Counted from the first letter of the whole stretch, positions 38,376-51,687 are shown. The stretch is DNA of 63,784 nucleotides, filler included, from Squatina squatina (GCA_031763465.1; 4 parts of 4 records of this genome joined end to end with filler, not necessarily neighbours in it), one strand, 5' to 3'. A program made the numbers and translations. Notes: generated by a model not told the origin, from the letters alone.

Positions 38376-41300
38376 GGCCGGACTGGCTCAGTTGCCCACT
38401 ACCCAACTCAGCTATCAAGAAAGCTAAGATTTTTTTTGAAACGAAAAAGATTGTAGCTGTGATTTTCAATGGAGATTCTCCAGCTCATCCACCCTAACTT
38501 CGGAAGAGCTCCAGAAATTCCAGAAAAATGGCGTAAACGAAATTGTGCCTTTTTTTCTGGAATGCCCAATTTACATGGTCAGTCTTCATTGGAATATTCT
38601 CAGAGAGCCATCCACATGTTTAAGGACTGATGGGCAGTTTGCCAGTCGGGTGGAGTGGGGGTGGGGTGTGGAAATCCAACCTTCATGCTCACCCTGGCCC
38701 CACAAAAGACATTTAGAAGCAATCCCGTGAAGGCCCACCAGTTAGGCCGCTCTACATTGAGTTTCACTGGGCAGAACTTGTGCAGCACACGCATTGGAAC
38801 ACTAAAATTGCTGCATTGTCCTACGTACACCGCAACACCCTCAACCAGTGAGGTTCCCGCCTGTTATTGGGCTCGAACACCAGACGGCTATTTCCTGAAT
38901 GGGAATGGGACAGGAAGTGCTGCAGAGTGATTCTGGTCTCAATACTAGCCCGGTCCCTCTGGCCAAAAGGGGTGCTAACAAGACCAAAATTGGCCCCTGG
39001 TTTTTCTAGATGTACAAACTAAGGTGGGGTGAACGGCCTTCCCCATCGAATTTATCTTGTGGAAATGTAGCAAAAATAAATGGGAAAAGCATGAGCAGCA
39101 AAAAGGAAGTTGAATTTTGCAAACAGAAAAATGGGGTTAAAATAACAGAAGAGATTAAACTCTGGGAAGCAACGAAGGAGAGGAAGGTGTAGGAGAACTG
39201 CACAACAGAACCAGAGACAGAAAGGCACAGGAAGGGATATGAACCAAACTCGGAATATATAACACAAACTTTCCATTTTTGCATATATTTAAAAGTCTAA
39301 TTTAAAATATAATGAAATTGATCTTTAACATTGTGATTTTATTGCAATTTCAAATGATTGCATTTAATGTGTTTGCGATGGAATTTCATATAATAGAGTT
39401 TGAATGTAATTGAATTTTAATTAACCTGATGGCTGCTTCCCTCCAAGTGTGGTTTTAATTAGATAATGTATTAATAAATTCTGTCAATTATTTTGCATCA
39501 CATGGTAGGTGAGCAGTTTATTTTAGTATTCATGGACTGCAGATAAATTCAGTCTGACTGGGATGGATGAACGAGGCAGGCATGACAGAAAGCACATGCT
39601 ACGAAGTGGCTCCTCTCACCATCCTGTTAGTGGCTCAGTAAATGGCCATGTTGGAATTAAAGGCAATTGAACAAGGGGGCAAAAAAAAGCCATTATAACT
39701 CAATAGTCATAAAAAGGTGCGTTGAATTACATTTCAACAAGCAGCCGTTCCTAGTTTTGTCAGTTCTCTGTATAAACCATTTTCTTGGTGTTTGTGGCTG
39801 TTCAATGAGCCTCTGGTGACAATTACATGCCTGACAACTTTTGTGTTGTAAATTATATCTATCTATTGATCCGCCTATGTATTTTTTTAATGATATTAAA
39901 GGATTATATACAGTTGTATCATTTTAAAATGCTATCCAATATATTTATACATGACATTTAGAATATTGAACATTACAGATAACAAGTAATGGAGTGCTGT
40001 ATAAATGTAGTTATGTTGAAACAATTTTTATGCAGTGATTTACCTGGGGATTTCCATAGAAATGTCATAACTGACATGTGGTTTATAAACCACATTCCAT
40101 TATTTAGAGGTCTTAAAAACACATGCAAAAGGAGTTCCCCTATGATTCAGTAGTTAAGTGCACTCCAAGGTACAGTACAGATCCATACAGACCAGGAAAG
40201 CCCCATGTTGGATCCTTGGTCTTTTCTGAACTAGCTAANNNNNNNNNNNNNNNNNNNNNNNNNNNNNNNNNNNNNNNNNNNNNNNNNNNNNNNNNNNNNN
40301 NNNNNNNNNNNNNNNNNNNNNNNNNNNNNNNNNNNNNNTCAAATGTAGTGGCACAGTATTGGAATATCCAAAAGCTCCACGAGTAAGGCAATGCCTGAGC
40401 ATTAAGTGCAATCTCACTCCACCACCACTTAATGGCCTACTTCCAACTGGGAGCATTGCCCAGGTGGACACTGCAGGCACTATGCTGATGTTATGGGGTT
40501 GTGATAGATGCTGTGAAAAGTAGAGTCTTACAGACAGCATGTAAATAATTGGTTTGTCCCTGTTATAGCCATTTCCACTCACGGTATATGTAAGCATCTT
40601 GATAATTGCTAATAAATCCCTTTAATAGGTGAATGGCTGAAATATGCCCAGTGAATGGAGAATAATGGCTATCTCAGTGTGAGTTAGAGGCAGCAATGTC
40701 ATTGAAAGGTTTAGATGATGTTATAAATCACATGAGCAAAGCAAAGTGGCTGATGGCTATTAACTGAAACCCAAGATTAGATTACTGCTGTTAAATCACT
40801 CCCTGGTGTCTCTTATTTTGATGTTTTGTTTAGTGCTTTGGGCTGCATTTTTGTGCTGGCCGCAGCTCTCGATACAGGCACTGTGTCACCATGATCTGTG
40901 TCTTGATGCATTACAAGGTTCACATTGAAGAATTCATGATCACAACATCATTACTGCAAATTTATTGGGAAATAACCTGTGCATTATTAATGTTAAACTC
41001 TGTCTCCTGGGTATAGCCTAGAAATTGGTGTTGGTGTAAGGCATTACTTCGTATTTGAGTGGACTGGGGCCAACAAAGTCAGGAATGTGACGTGTTTCTG
41101 GCACAAACAACATTGCTGTAGTCTAGAAATGGTGTCCGGGTGCTAATGCACCCAGGTCAGATGATAAGCAATTGGTGAGGCCAAATTGAATAGTTGAGGA
41201 GGACTGCAGTAACACATCACTGCTAGTGCATTCATCTCTCCAAGTGGGTCAGGCATTAATGGATAGGCAGCAGAGAGAAAGTTGGAGTAGCAGCATTTCC

Positions 41301-41689
41301 ACATGGGTTCTCGCCTAATGTCCCACTATGACCTGGATAGAAGATCGGTGGAAACCCCAGAGAAATGTTAATGCCATTTCCATGGCATTCCCTTCCATCT
41401 TCTGCCAAATTTATGGCAGGAGATTGAGAAAACCTCCTTGGAAATCTTATCCCATAGTCTTCATTTAAAGGTAAGTAGATTCCATTATTTTTCCTACTTT
41501 TCCAGGACTTTCACCACAACTGGGATTGGCAGTACTGGAGTTGGCAGCGAAGGACCAGCAAGAGCAGAAATACCAGGCGGCATTTATGGTGTATAGTCAA
41601 GTCTTACCACAATGCTAAACAGTGAATGTCCTTTATTAGACATAGCTCCCTGGTAATAGCAACACAGAAGAATAAAAAGAGGATTAGCT

Positions 41690-42104
41690 ACACCAGGGGC
41701 ATTCTGACCAAATTGTGCCTATACTTAGCCTGCACAACATGTGATCTCAGTATGGCACTGACAGTGGCTGTCACAGTCATTGTCATTCTCAATTTTTGTG
41801 CAAAGAGCTCTTTCCAGGCTAGCACTGGGGACATTTGCCATGTCAGCCAGTTTGGTGCCCATTGTTGTCAGGAAGGTTATAGATACATTATTTAGCAGGG
41901 CTAATAACGGTATTATTTTAGTAGTGACAAACAACAACAATATGAGAGGTTAACAGAATTCTTCAAAACAGCTGGTTTCCGCAGAGCCCAATAGGGTATC
42001 ACTTGTACTCAGGTTGTCATTCAGGACATTATGTACAATGTTGTGCCTCATATAACCTGAACCTCAATGTGGACCTGGTTTGTGACCACACCACAGAAAC
42101 TCTG
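41690..42104 (+). pseudogene. Fossil PIF/Harbinger (HARBI1-like) transposase, N-terminal and first catalytic region
   Basis: ALTVAVTVIVILNFCAKSSFQASTGDICHVSQFGAHCC; then FFKTAGFRRAQ*GITCTQV (like AGFP.V.GAIDCTHV) and LNVDLVCDH (like LNVQLVCDH). Frameshifts and stops are present. Confidence 0.8.
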
Positions 42105-42204
42105 NNNNNNNNNNNNNNNNNNNNNNNNNNNNNNNNNNNNNNNNNNNNNNNNNNNNNNNNNNNNNNNNNNNNNNNNNNNNNNNNNNNNNNNNNNNNNNNN
42201 NNNN

Positions 42205-42290
42205 AGGATCATCGACTCAAAACGTTAACTCTGTTTTTCTCCCCTCAGATGCTGCCTGACCTGCTGAGTTTTTCCAGCATTTTTTGTAGC
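42205..42290 (+). mobile_element. Penelope-like tail fragment
   Basis: aaaacgttaactctgtttttctcccctcagatgctgcctgacctgctgagtttttccagcattttt. Confidence 0.65.
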
Positions 42291-43409
42291 TAATTTATGA
42301 TGTTGGGAAGTACATAGCTCTCTCACCCTTTGGGATGATTAGTTACAACCCACCTGCCACCCCCACTCCCCCGCACTTCCTATTCTGCTTTGAAATATTT
42401 TCTCCGTCTCCAGTCACTCTCTGTTAACAATGTTGTAAATATGAAATGGAACAGTAGGCCATGGAAATGAGTGTCATTTAGCTTTGTTAGAGAACACTCT
42501 CCCTTTCACTGCTTCCTTCTCAAAGTCACATTGGAGATGAACAAAAGCGTGAATATTCATGGGGGTTTGAACAGCGTTATGAGTGAACACTTCCTATCAA
42601 CAGCTGTTTTACACTCATTTAAAATTGTTATCCTTCGATAACCAAATGATTACTTCAGCATTTTCAGAATACACTTTGCACATAATAATGATATTGCCAG
42701 CCAATCGGGTCTCGCCTCATGGGCATCAGATGATGAATGTTTTGATAGCGCTATCCAATTGTCTTTAATACATAAACATCTTGTGCTCAGTAATCCTTTC
42801 AGAAATAGGAAATTTGCCTCTAAAATTGACAGCTGAAGTAGGGAACAATTAATGGAACAAAGCCAATTCTTATGACTTTGAAGATGTCAGATTTGTACAG
42901 CAAAACATAGGTGAAAAGCCTGACAATCATGAGTACCGTGTAGCAAGAAAATCAACACCTCCACATTAAATGAGTGAATAATTTGTCATTAATAACTAAA
43001 GATACGGTAGCTCTTTTAAGGCAGTCAACCATTCCCAGTTAGTAATTCCTTTGAATACACATGACTTCTCTGTAATTTTTCCCTCTTTTCCTGGAGGGAG
43101 CTGGCTGTTGCTGGGATACCGTTCTATTGCCAGCGGCCCCCACACACAGATATCTGCTCTAAAGCGGCCATTCTTTATCTGTGAGTCTAGACAGTCAGCA
43201 GGCCTATTTGGTCATTCTACGACATCGCAGCTCAATTCAATTCCACCCTTGTCTGATGTCCAAATATGCTTTCCAGCAAGAGCCATTGGATAGCCATCAG
43301 GAACAGCGATCCTGTCTCGATAGCCCACAGACAACAAGGTCACTTGTTGAATCTCCACCACAGTAAGAGTTCAAACCAGTGGAATTCAAAGCAAGAATCA
43401 AACCGAGGT

Positions 43410-43775
43410 TCTGTTTCCCCTGCCACCCCTCACCGCTTCCCCTCCCCCCACCCACGGCAGGTGCTGATTCCCAATTTATATGCTATCCAGGCTTATCTTT
43501 TGTTCTTTATCTTGTCCATTATTGCTTCCTTTTGCCTCACGCCATCTCTTAAAGTCTCTTAAGCTCTCCTGCCTTCCACCCTATCAGAAACCTTCCCTTT
43601 TGTTTTTCCCTCCCCCTCCCACCTTTCCCTGCTCCTGCACTTGCTTAAAAACCTGCTTCATTTCTAACTTTTTCCAATGCTGACGAAGGGTCATCAACCC
43701 GAAACATTAACTCTGTTTCTCTCTCCACAGATGCTGCCTGACTTGCTGAGTCTTTCCAGCATTTTCTGTTTTGAT
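43410..43775 (+). mobile_element. Penelope-like element terminal region
   Basis: Pyrimidine-rich region followed by a hammerhead core and the conserved tail ctctgtttctctctccacagatgctgcctgac. Confidence 0.7.
43672..43716 (+). ncRNA. Putative minimal type I hammerhead ribozyme motif
   Basis: CTGACGA (43680-43686), an extra A, stem II GGGT/ACCC with a 5-nt loop, then GAAAC (43701-43705) and ATTAAC (GTTAAC in other copies). Confidence 0.55.
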
Positions 43776-43907
43776 CCCTCAAATATATACCTTTTATAAA
43801 CACACTTNNNNNNNNNNNNNNNNNNNNNNNNNNNNNNNNNNNNNNNNNNNNNNNNNNNNNNNNNNNNNNNNNNNNNNNNNNNNNNNNNNNNNNNNNNNNN
43901 NNNNNNN

Positions 43908-44120
43908 TGGGAGCGTGGAACGGTTTATAAGAAGTGGTAATGAGACAGAGAGTCACATCAAAAGGAATTGGACAAGTGTCTGAAAAGGAAGAATATAAAA
44001 ACAGACAGAGCAAGGGCATAGAAATGGAATTAAGGTATACTTGTTCACTTGAAGAGATATCTCCAGCACAGGTGTCATAGATCGAGCGACCTCCTTCTGC
44101 ACTGAATATTCTATGATTCT
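43908..44120 (+). mobile_element. Old CR1 3' end
   Basis: aaaaggaattggacaag...acctccttctgcactgaatattctatgattctatga tail. Confidence 0.65.
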
Positions 44121-46114
44121 ATGAGCATAAGAAATTTGAAGGGCAAAATAACACTTGCAAATGCTGGAACTCTTAATAAAAACAGAGAACAATAGAAATA
44201 CAAAGCACTCCCATCAGCACCTTAAGAAAGGTTGGCATTTTAGGATTCTTCCCAACCATTTGTTTTGTGTTTGTGTTGAGTATAACCTGCCTGGCATAAG
44301 TGATATTTAATATGCTTCGCTCAAACCAGCCAAGGATGTAGAACAGTATCAAGCATATTGCTTCCAGTCATTGTATTGACAGTGGCATTTGAGTGATTTG
44401 TAAAATAATATAAAAAGATGGAATATGGGCTAAACATAGAACAAATGAAGAGTCCTATTACAAACTGTCATAGAACAGAGTATATGCCATTCATCAGACA
44501 AAATATGTTGGATTTTAAATGAGACACATCAGATTTGAATGGATTTATGTTTTGAATATTTTTGCCATCTTTTCATGTTGAAATTTGGGTGTCTGTAGCA
44601 ACAGAAAACCACAGAAGTGAAGGATAAACCACTCACTCATGGTCTTTGCAGAAGCACATGTTACAGAAATCAAGGTGAATATCTGTAAACATGTTGTCTC
44701 ATAAGGTCATTCCACAACTAGAACATTTGGAGGATTTGAACTTTACTGTGTATTCCATTGTGAGACTACTGCCCTAGTTCCCTGTGAGACCACGGTAACA
44801 TTGCAAACTGCTAGCCACAGCTCTAAATGGCCTTAAGTTAGGTTCAACCCCAGGCATCTCTCATAAGACTGGGAGAGAAACTTCCTCTAGGCATTGTAGT
44901 TTGTTTAAATCCTAGGATTGATTAACCTGTCAATCTGCAAACTGTCTTTTAAATTCAAAATTTCTAATTACGAATCCAATTTTTGTTTCTATTTGATTGG
45001 ATGTGCAAAACAAATAACTATCCAATCAAATGAATTCTTCCTGTACGNNNNNNNNNNNNNNNNNNNNNNNNNNNNNNNNNNNNNNNNNNNNNNNNNNNNN
45101 NNNNNNNNNNNNNNNNNNNNNNNNNNNNNNNNNNNNNNNNNNNNNNNTTTAAACCCTTGCCTCTCAAATTTCATCCATAGTCCTCTCCACCTTTAAGACA
45201 GTCCTTAAAGTCCACCTCATCTACCAAACTTTTAGTCAGCCCTCCTCGGTGTTAATTTTTGTCTGATTACCCTTCCTTGAAGCACCTTGGTCATTATCTT
45301 ACATTAAAGCCACTATATAAATAGAGGTTGTTGTTATTATGTTAAAGTCATTATACCATTGATGATTGACACCAATGGCCCAGATGTTCCACTCAGTATA
45401 TGCCTAATGATTCCACAGAGCCATCAAAGTTTACAACATAAATTAGGCTATTCAGTCCATCGTGTCTATAGTGGCGCAATTCAGAACTAATCCCGNNNNN
45501 NNNNNAGGTCCATTACCCCCTTAAAACATGCAATTATCTCTGCCCTTACTAAAATAGAATAATTTTGTAACAGAATTGCGATCTGTGGTTTGGTTATTGG
45601 AAAACCTCCCAGCTTTATATGTATGTTATAAAATTTAATACTGGACTTGACTACATGTTTCAATCCATTCTTCATCTTGACAGCTTAAGAGTTGAAAAAC
45701 CCTTAGCAATATTGATCCATTCATCAGGTAGACATTCTGTAGAGGTCTTAATGTTTCTGAATGCATCTTTTGTAGTCCCAGTGCACACCAACAAGATAGT
45801 CTGGTGAACTCTGCACAAATGGGATACATCAATGGTCTAGCTTTCTGAAGTATTTGTAATATGTTCAATACATGTCAAACCTTGAAGACGGATGATGCCA
45901 AGAGTGATTATTAACAGAAACCGTCCCACTCAGCAAATACATGTAATCAACACGGTACTTCACAATGAACACAGATATCAGTTCAACTTTTGTTGCACCT
46001 GTACTTCATCACAGAGTTGTTCAGATGTTCCAGAACACAACTTGCAGGAAGACTTTGGAGTATGGTGACCAGACGTGGGCGAGGTTACTTAGAATACTCC
46101 TGCTTCGTAACATA

Positions 46115-46364
46115 GGGCCTGAAATTGCGATTGGAGGCTTCCTGCATGCGGGTGCCTCCAATCGCAAAAAAAATTACGTACTTACCCAAGGGTCCTGGAT
46201 TCACGAGAGTTTACGATCTCCAGCCCCCCCGAGTTGGAGATTCGGAGCGGGGCTGCCTTCATTCCCGGGCAAGTCAAACTGCAGAGACTGGAGAGGTCAC
46301 ATGGGAGGCCCCAGCCAATCAGGTAGGTGTATCTTTCAATGAAGTTTTGACAGTTCTCAGCGAT
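46115..46364 (+). mobile_element. Harbinger-type MITE 5' part (family of 33051)
   Basis: gggcctgaaatt terminus; perfect 14-bp hairpin arms at 46125-46138 and 46154-46167; shares cccccgagttggagattcggagcggggct with ~33150. Confidence 0.75.
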
Positions 46365-47149
46365 NNNNNNNNNNNNNNNNNNNNNNNNNNNNNNNNNNNN
46401 NNNNNNNNNNNNNNNNNNNNNNNNNNNNNNNNNNNNNNNNNNNNNNNNNNNNNNNNNNNNNNNNTTATTGATTATGATTAATGCCTTGGCAGGCTGCACT
46501 GAACCTTTTAACAATAACCTATCTCAGGAGAGTAATCGATCATTGTGAAAATCTTTGCTGAAAAGCAGAATTAATAACTTTTTAATATTCTTTAATGATT
46601 CGCTTGTCTGGGAAGTTTATGAATTATAAAGCCTTTAACTAACTCCACTCCTACAACGGCTTCTTACTCATTCTCCTGTGCAGGGTGTCTTTTTGTGTTT
46701 AACTAATGGAATTATTTGTCATTCTTTTCAGCACAGAGAAAGGGTAATGATTGCAAATTTTATTTTTGTATCCAACACTCAACCTTCAAACACTCGGCTC
46801 TGATCGACAGAGAATACTTCAGTGTTTTTATTTACTTGTTTTAACAATTGGAAAGTGTTCTCATTTCCTTTCCAAAATCCCCCAGAGGTGTATTTATTAC
46901 ACTGTTATTGGAAATTACAGCCAATTTTTTTTTGTTCTTGAACAGGTAGAAGAGACTATAAAGTTCCAGTGTGATACCACATATATAGAACACAAGGGAA
47001 ATTAACTGCAAAAGGCACAAGGTACAGAGCTGGTTTCACAAATGGGGTCCAGTGAGCTGACTGGATAAACACAAGTAACAAAGTTGGGAGTGTATATTAC
47101 AAGAGACTTGGATTTGTGGGGCATCGTGTGTATAATATGGTTTTGTAAT

Positions 47150-47300
47150 GCGGCCGTGTCAGCGCCATAGATCAGTGGGCAGCACACTAACTTGAGTTAG
47201 AAGATTGAGGGTTCAAGTCCCACTCCAGGGGCTTGAGCACATAAATCTAGGCTGACACTCTAGTGCAGTACTGAGGGAGTACAACACTGTCAGAGGCCCG
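47150..47300 (+). mobile_element. SacSINE1-like tRNA-derived head
   Basis: B-box-like gggttcaagtccc, then cttgagcacataaatctaggctgacact...gtgcagtactgagggagt. Confidence 0.65.
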
Positions 47301-47492
47301 GCAGCAGCGAAGAGGAGGAGGGGCAGCAGCAGGGATTAGTATATAATCAGCGTGGGGCCTGCAGAGAGGCCTCAGACCCGGCGGCAGCGAGANNNNNNNN
47401 NNNNNNNNNNNNNNNNNNNNNNNNNNNNNNNNNNNNNNNNNNNNNNNNNNNNNNNNNNNNNNNNNNNNNNNNNNNNNNNNNNNNNNNNNNNN

Positions 47493-47800
47493 GAGAAGAG
47501 AAACTGTTTTCACTGGCCGGAGGGCTGGTAACCAGAGGACACAGACTTTATGCAATTGGCAAAAGATGATTAGAAATTTTTTCACGCAGCAAGTTGTTAT
47601 GGTCTGGAATGCACTGCCTGTAAGGGTGGTGGAAGCAGATTCAATAGTAATTGGATAATATTTAAAAAGGTAAAATTTGCAGGGCTATGGGGAAAGAGCA
47701 AGGGGAGTGGGACTGATTGGATCGCTCCTTCAAAGAGCTGGCACAGGCCCGATGGGCCGAATGGCCTCCTTCTGTGCTGTGTGATTCTATGATTCGATGA
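47493..47800 (+). mobile_element. CR1 3' end
   Basis: NFFTQQVVMVWNALP-type sequence and the gggccgaatggcctccttctgtgctg tail. Confidence 0.8.
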
Positions 47801-49794
47801 CNNNNNNNNNNCAATCCTCAAGTGAATGGAGGAAGGGATCAGTGAGTGGGCTTGACTAGGATTAGGGCAAGGAGTGTTCTACATCTGCTGAGAAAAATAC
47901 AAATGCACCCACAACCCACGTAGGTTCTATGAGACCAGGAGAGCATACGATGAAGTGAGAACTGCTCTGCTCACTCCTCTGTGGATGTGTTTATAGTGAA
48001 GAATGAGTTAAATGAGGGATTAAAATTTAATAATGTTTCAATTTATCTGATTTATTCAAGCTCACTGGCAAACAACCAAATAGGAATCAGTGTAAATTTA
48101 AATGCAATCGAAAATGTAATATATCTCCTTTGAGTATATATGCAAATGAAGGCGGTTTGTTCAGTACTCCTGCAAACAAGTCACAGAAAAGTCCATTTTA
48201 ACTGGCATTCACAGTAAACTCATTAGGTTATTATTGGAACACTCTCTGCGGCATTGGTGCTTCATTACGCTGTAATTTGCATAACTGTGCACATACATTC
48301 TCGGATGAATAGTTAGATTGCAGTATTTTTAACTTCAAGGTGTGAGCTGTCACAATTCCCATTTAATGCACCATATGTTCTTCAGTATGTAAATAACGCA
48401 CAGCCTCTTCCTTTAGTGTTAACATAAAGGAATGCAGCCACATTTGAGAGGAGATGCTGATTGTGTGTTAAAAGAATGACTTTGATCAAAGTATTAATGG
48501 GACATGCTTTCCCAGCATGGACCCAAACCACAGAGGCTGAGGTTTGGTTTGTTCTTTGGTCTATGCTGCTTCAATTGGTCTCAGTCGGAATAGCCAGTCG
48601 AGCACAACAAGTATCCTCAGTGCCCATGGTCTATGATGAAAATTGACCTCCAATGACCCCTACCAGGTCTTTTGTGATAGGTATGACTCTAGCCAGTGGA
48701 GAGTTTTCCCCCTGATTCCCATTGACTTCAGTNNNNNNNNNNNNNNNNNNNNNNNNNNNNNNNNNNNNNNNNNNNNNNNNNNNNNNNNNNNNNNNNNNNN
48801 NNNNNNNNNNNNNNNNNNNNNNNNNNNNNNNNCGTCAGGACGGCCTGCAGCGGGGCTCGAACAGGGGCGTCAAGAGCCAGCACGGGCCCCGGGGCAAACA
48901 ACCTCGCCGGCCCCCATTTAAATGATTACCATGCAAAAACGATTACCAATAAAAAACGATTACCGAAAAAAAGAGGAGCTCGGGCCCGGGACCCGGGTCA
49001 GCGACCCCCCCCAATCTCATCAGGCCTACATAAGGGTACTTCAATAGAGCATTATCAGCCTCCTCATGGTGCAGAAAGCTTTGAGGCGTGGTTTGTACAC
49101 TGAGAGCAATAACATTTGTTCATGTGGAGATGGACTTAATCTCCTCTCGCAGCACAACAGTTAACATGATCCATCATTTTTGGAGCTATTTAATGCAGTT
49201 ATTCCATTAGTTTAAAATAGATTGCGGGCTGTGTTAAAGTAGCCCAGGAAAGATTTTTTATGTAAACTAGTTAACCAGTGTACAACCAGAAGAAATTATC
49301 CAAGCCCCCACCCCCGTCACAAAATGACCAGACGTGGCTTGTACATGATGTTTGTACATGATGTTATCATCGTGATGAAGTAATACATGGCTCTTTCCCA
49401 AAATGATGCAAATCCCTCTTTAGAATGAAACAAACCCACAGTTAGCTGGAATTCAATAAATTGGATCAAATTGCCCACTTCAGATCACTTGGGAATTCAG
49501 TTGTGACTACAGCTCCAATGCCATCTGAGATGTTCAAATAATTGAACAGAGGCTACATTCCCCCTTTTTATAGTGATAGCTTCGCAGCATTCCAGGGAAG
49601 ATCAGTAACTATTTTGCTTGTGTGCAGCCTTTAAAAAATCCCTATGCTCTATCGTGAGCAAAAAAAAAGTAAGGTTGCAGTAAGCATGTGGGTGCCTGTT
49701 TACAAGTGGCTGTGTGGATATCTGCACTTACTTTAAAAAGGGTGAGAAAAGCCGATTGAACTGCCTCTAAATTGGACGCTGAAGGTCTACTGCG

Positions 49795-50045
49795 AGAGAA
49801 GGACTCGCACTTACATAGCACGAATTACAACCACCGGACATCTCCAATGCTTTACTGCCAATGAAGTCATTTTTTTTGAAGTGTTGTAATGTAGGAAACG
49901 CCGCAGAAAATTTGCGAACAGCAAAATCCCACAAACAGCACTGTGAAAATGACCAGCTCATTTGTTTTGGTGCTAGTGGTTGAGGGAGGCATGATTATCA
50001 GGAAACAGGCAAACTCCCCTCTCTTCTCCAAGTAATGCCATGAGA
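49795..50045 (-). mobile_element. SacSINE1-like SINE 3' part
   Basis: Reverse complement of the tail seen at 18330-18490. Confidence 0.6.
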
Positions 50046-50269
50046 GTGAGAGGTCGATGTTAGCACTGACTGCAGAATCAAAGTTATGTGGGATCCAGTC
50101 CCATTTTAGGACGTAGGTACGTGCATTTGGGAACTTCCTTTCGGTTCTCCCAGTCAGCGGCTCGGCAGAAGAGCAGCAGAAACTCTAGATGAACCGTCTC
50201 AATGGCGTTTCCAATGATTTTCTACCAAAGTTACAGTGGCCGGTCGGAGGAGGAAATTGCTGGCGATAA

Positions 50270-50635
50270 CCTCGGCTGATAATCCAGGGCAGTACTGAAG
50301 GGATCCTGCATTGTGACAGGTGCCATCTTCTGGTGAGGCGTTAAACCAAGGCCCTGTCCACTTGTTCAGATGGATATTAAAGATTCCATTGTATCTTTTC
50401 AAAGAAGTGTAGTTCGCCCAGTGTAGTGACCCACATTCATTCCTTAATCAACACCATCAAAAACAGGATACATGGCCATTCATCTCATTGCTGTTTGTGG
50501 GGTATTGCTGTGTGCAAATTATCTGCCACCAAACAAGAGTGATTGCACTGCAGAAGTAATGCATTAGCTGTGAATTACTTTGGGGCATCCTGAGGACACA
50601 AAAGATGCTATATAAATGCAAATGCTTCCTTTCTA
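50270..50635 (+). mobile_element. SacSINE1/DeuSINE-like SINE body
   Basis: cagtactgaaggg...gttaaaccaaggccctgtc...ttgctgtgtgcaaatt...gctatataaatgcaa. Confidence 0.65.
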
Positions 50636-51524
50636 AGGTCTTTAGTCCACTGGAGCAGACAGATGGGACCTTAATTTACCATTTCATCGGAAGGGTTAGT
50701 AAAGTGCCATATGTTAACAGCAATAATACAGTTCCTAACTATATAGCATAATTTGACTGGAGTTGGAGGGGAAGATAAGTAAGGTTAGAATTAATTACCT
50801 GCTCTGAACTTTGTATCTCAAACTCAACTAAGTGGAAATTACGTACAGCACTCATCCATTTCTAAAATAGCTTNNNNNNNNNNCCATTTTATTTTCTCTT
50901 CTGTAATAGCTCAGCATAAATGCATTTGAAATATTGTATCAATCTGCTTTTAGTATTTAGAAAGCAATGATCAGAGTAGGAATGCTTTCTCAGGTGATGT
51001 TCATTGGAGGCCTCACAGCGATAGCACTGCTGCAAGTCTGTGTTCCAATTTCCGTCTCATGAAAGGTGTGCACATTATTCAAATTGACACAGTTTACATG
51101 TGAGATATTATCTCTTTTTGCCAGCTTACACAGACTGTAGTTCAAATGGTAATAACATTTGTTCTGTACAGCAAGGAATCATAATATTAAACCTTCACTC
51201 ATATTTACGATACTATTTATATTTTCTACACTTTTATTGCTGCGGTAGAAGACACAATTTAATATCAAAGAAAAAAGCGAATCAAAAGAGGCAGCGTTCT
51301 CGGCAATAGAATGGCGTGCTGTATTTACATAGATTTTGTAAAGCTCCCACTATCATCAGTTGTAAACAATAGATCGCCGTGTTTAACATTCCACTTGATT
51401 TTCAGTGAAGGATTAAAAGGTTATCCTATTAAATTGGAGAATATTAAAACATGAGAATGTTAATTCACCGATGCTCATATTGCTGTTTCCATGCATGGAG
51501 CAGAACAATTCAAGCTCTTCAGAA

Positions 51525-51587
51525 TATAGCAGAAAAATGCTGGAAATACTCAGCAGGTCAGGCAGCATCTGTGGAGAGAGAAACAGA
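51525..51587 (-). mobile_element. Penelope-like tail fragment
   Basis: aaatgctggaaatactcagcaggtcaggcagcatctgtggagagagaaacaga, matching the 13598 copy. Confidence 0.7.
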
Positions 51588-51687
51588 NNNNNNNNNNNNN
51601 NNNNNNNNNNNNNNNNNNNNNNNNNNNNNNNTTAATTAATTAANNNNNNNNNNNNNNNNNNNNNNNNNNNNNNNNNNNNNNNNNNNN
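51588..51687. other. Artificial scaffold linker 44N-TTAATTAATTAA-44N
   Basis: 12-mer at 51632-51643. Confidence 0.95.

Noticed and set aside
40370-40600. Possible third Harbinger transposase remnant on the minus strand
   Set aside because: Only a vague resemblance, with no convincing motif.
46941-47015. Possible exon after the strong acceptor ttttttttgttcttgaacag
   Set aside because: All three frames hit a stop before a plausible donor, and no peptide is recognisable.
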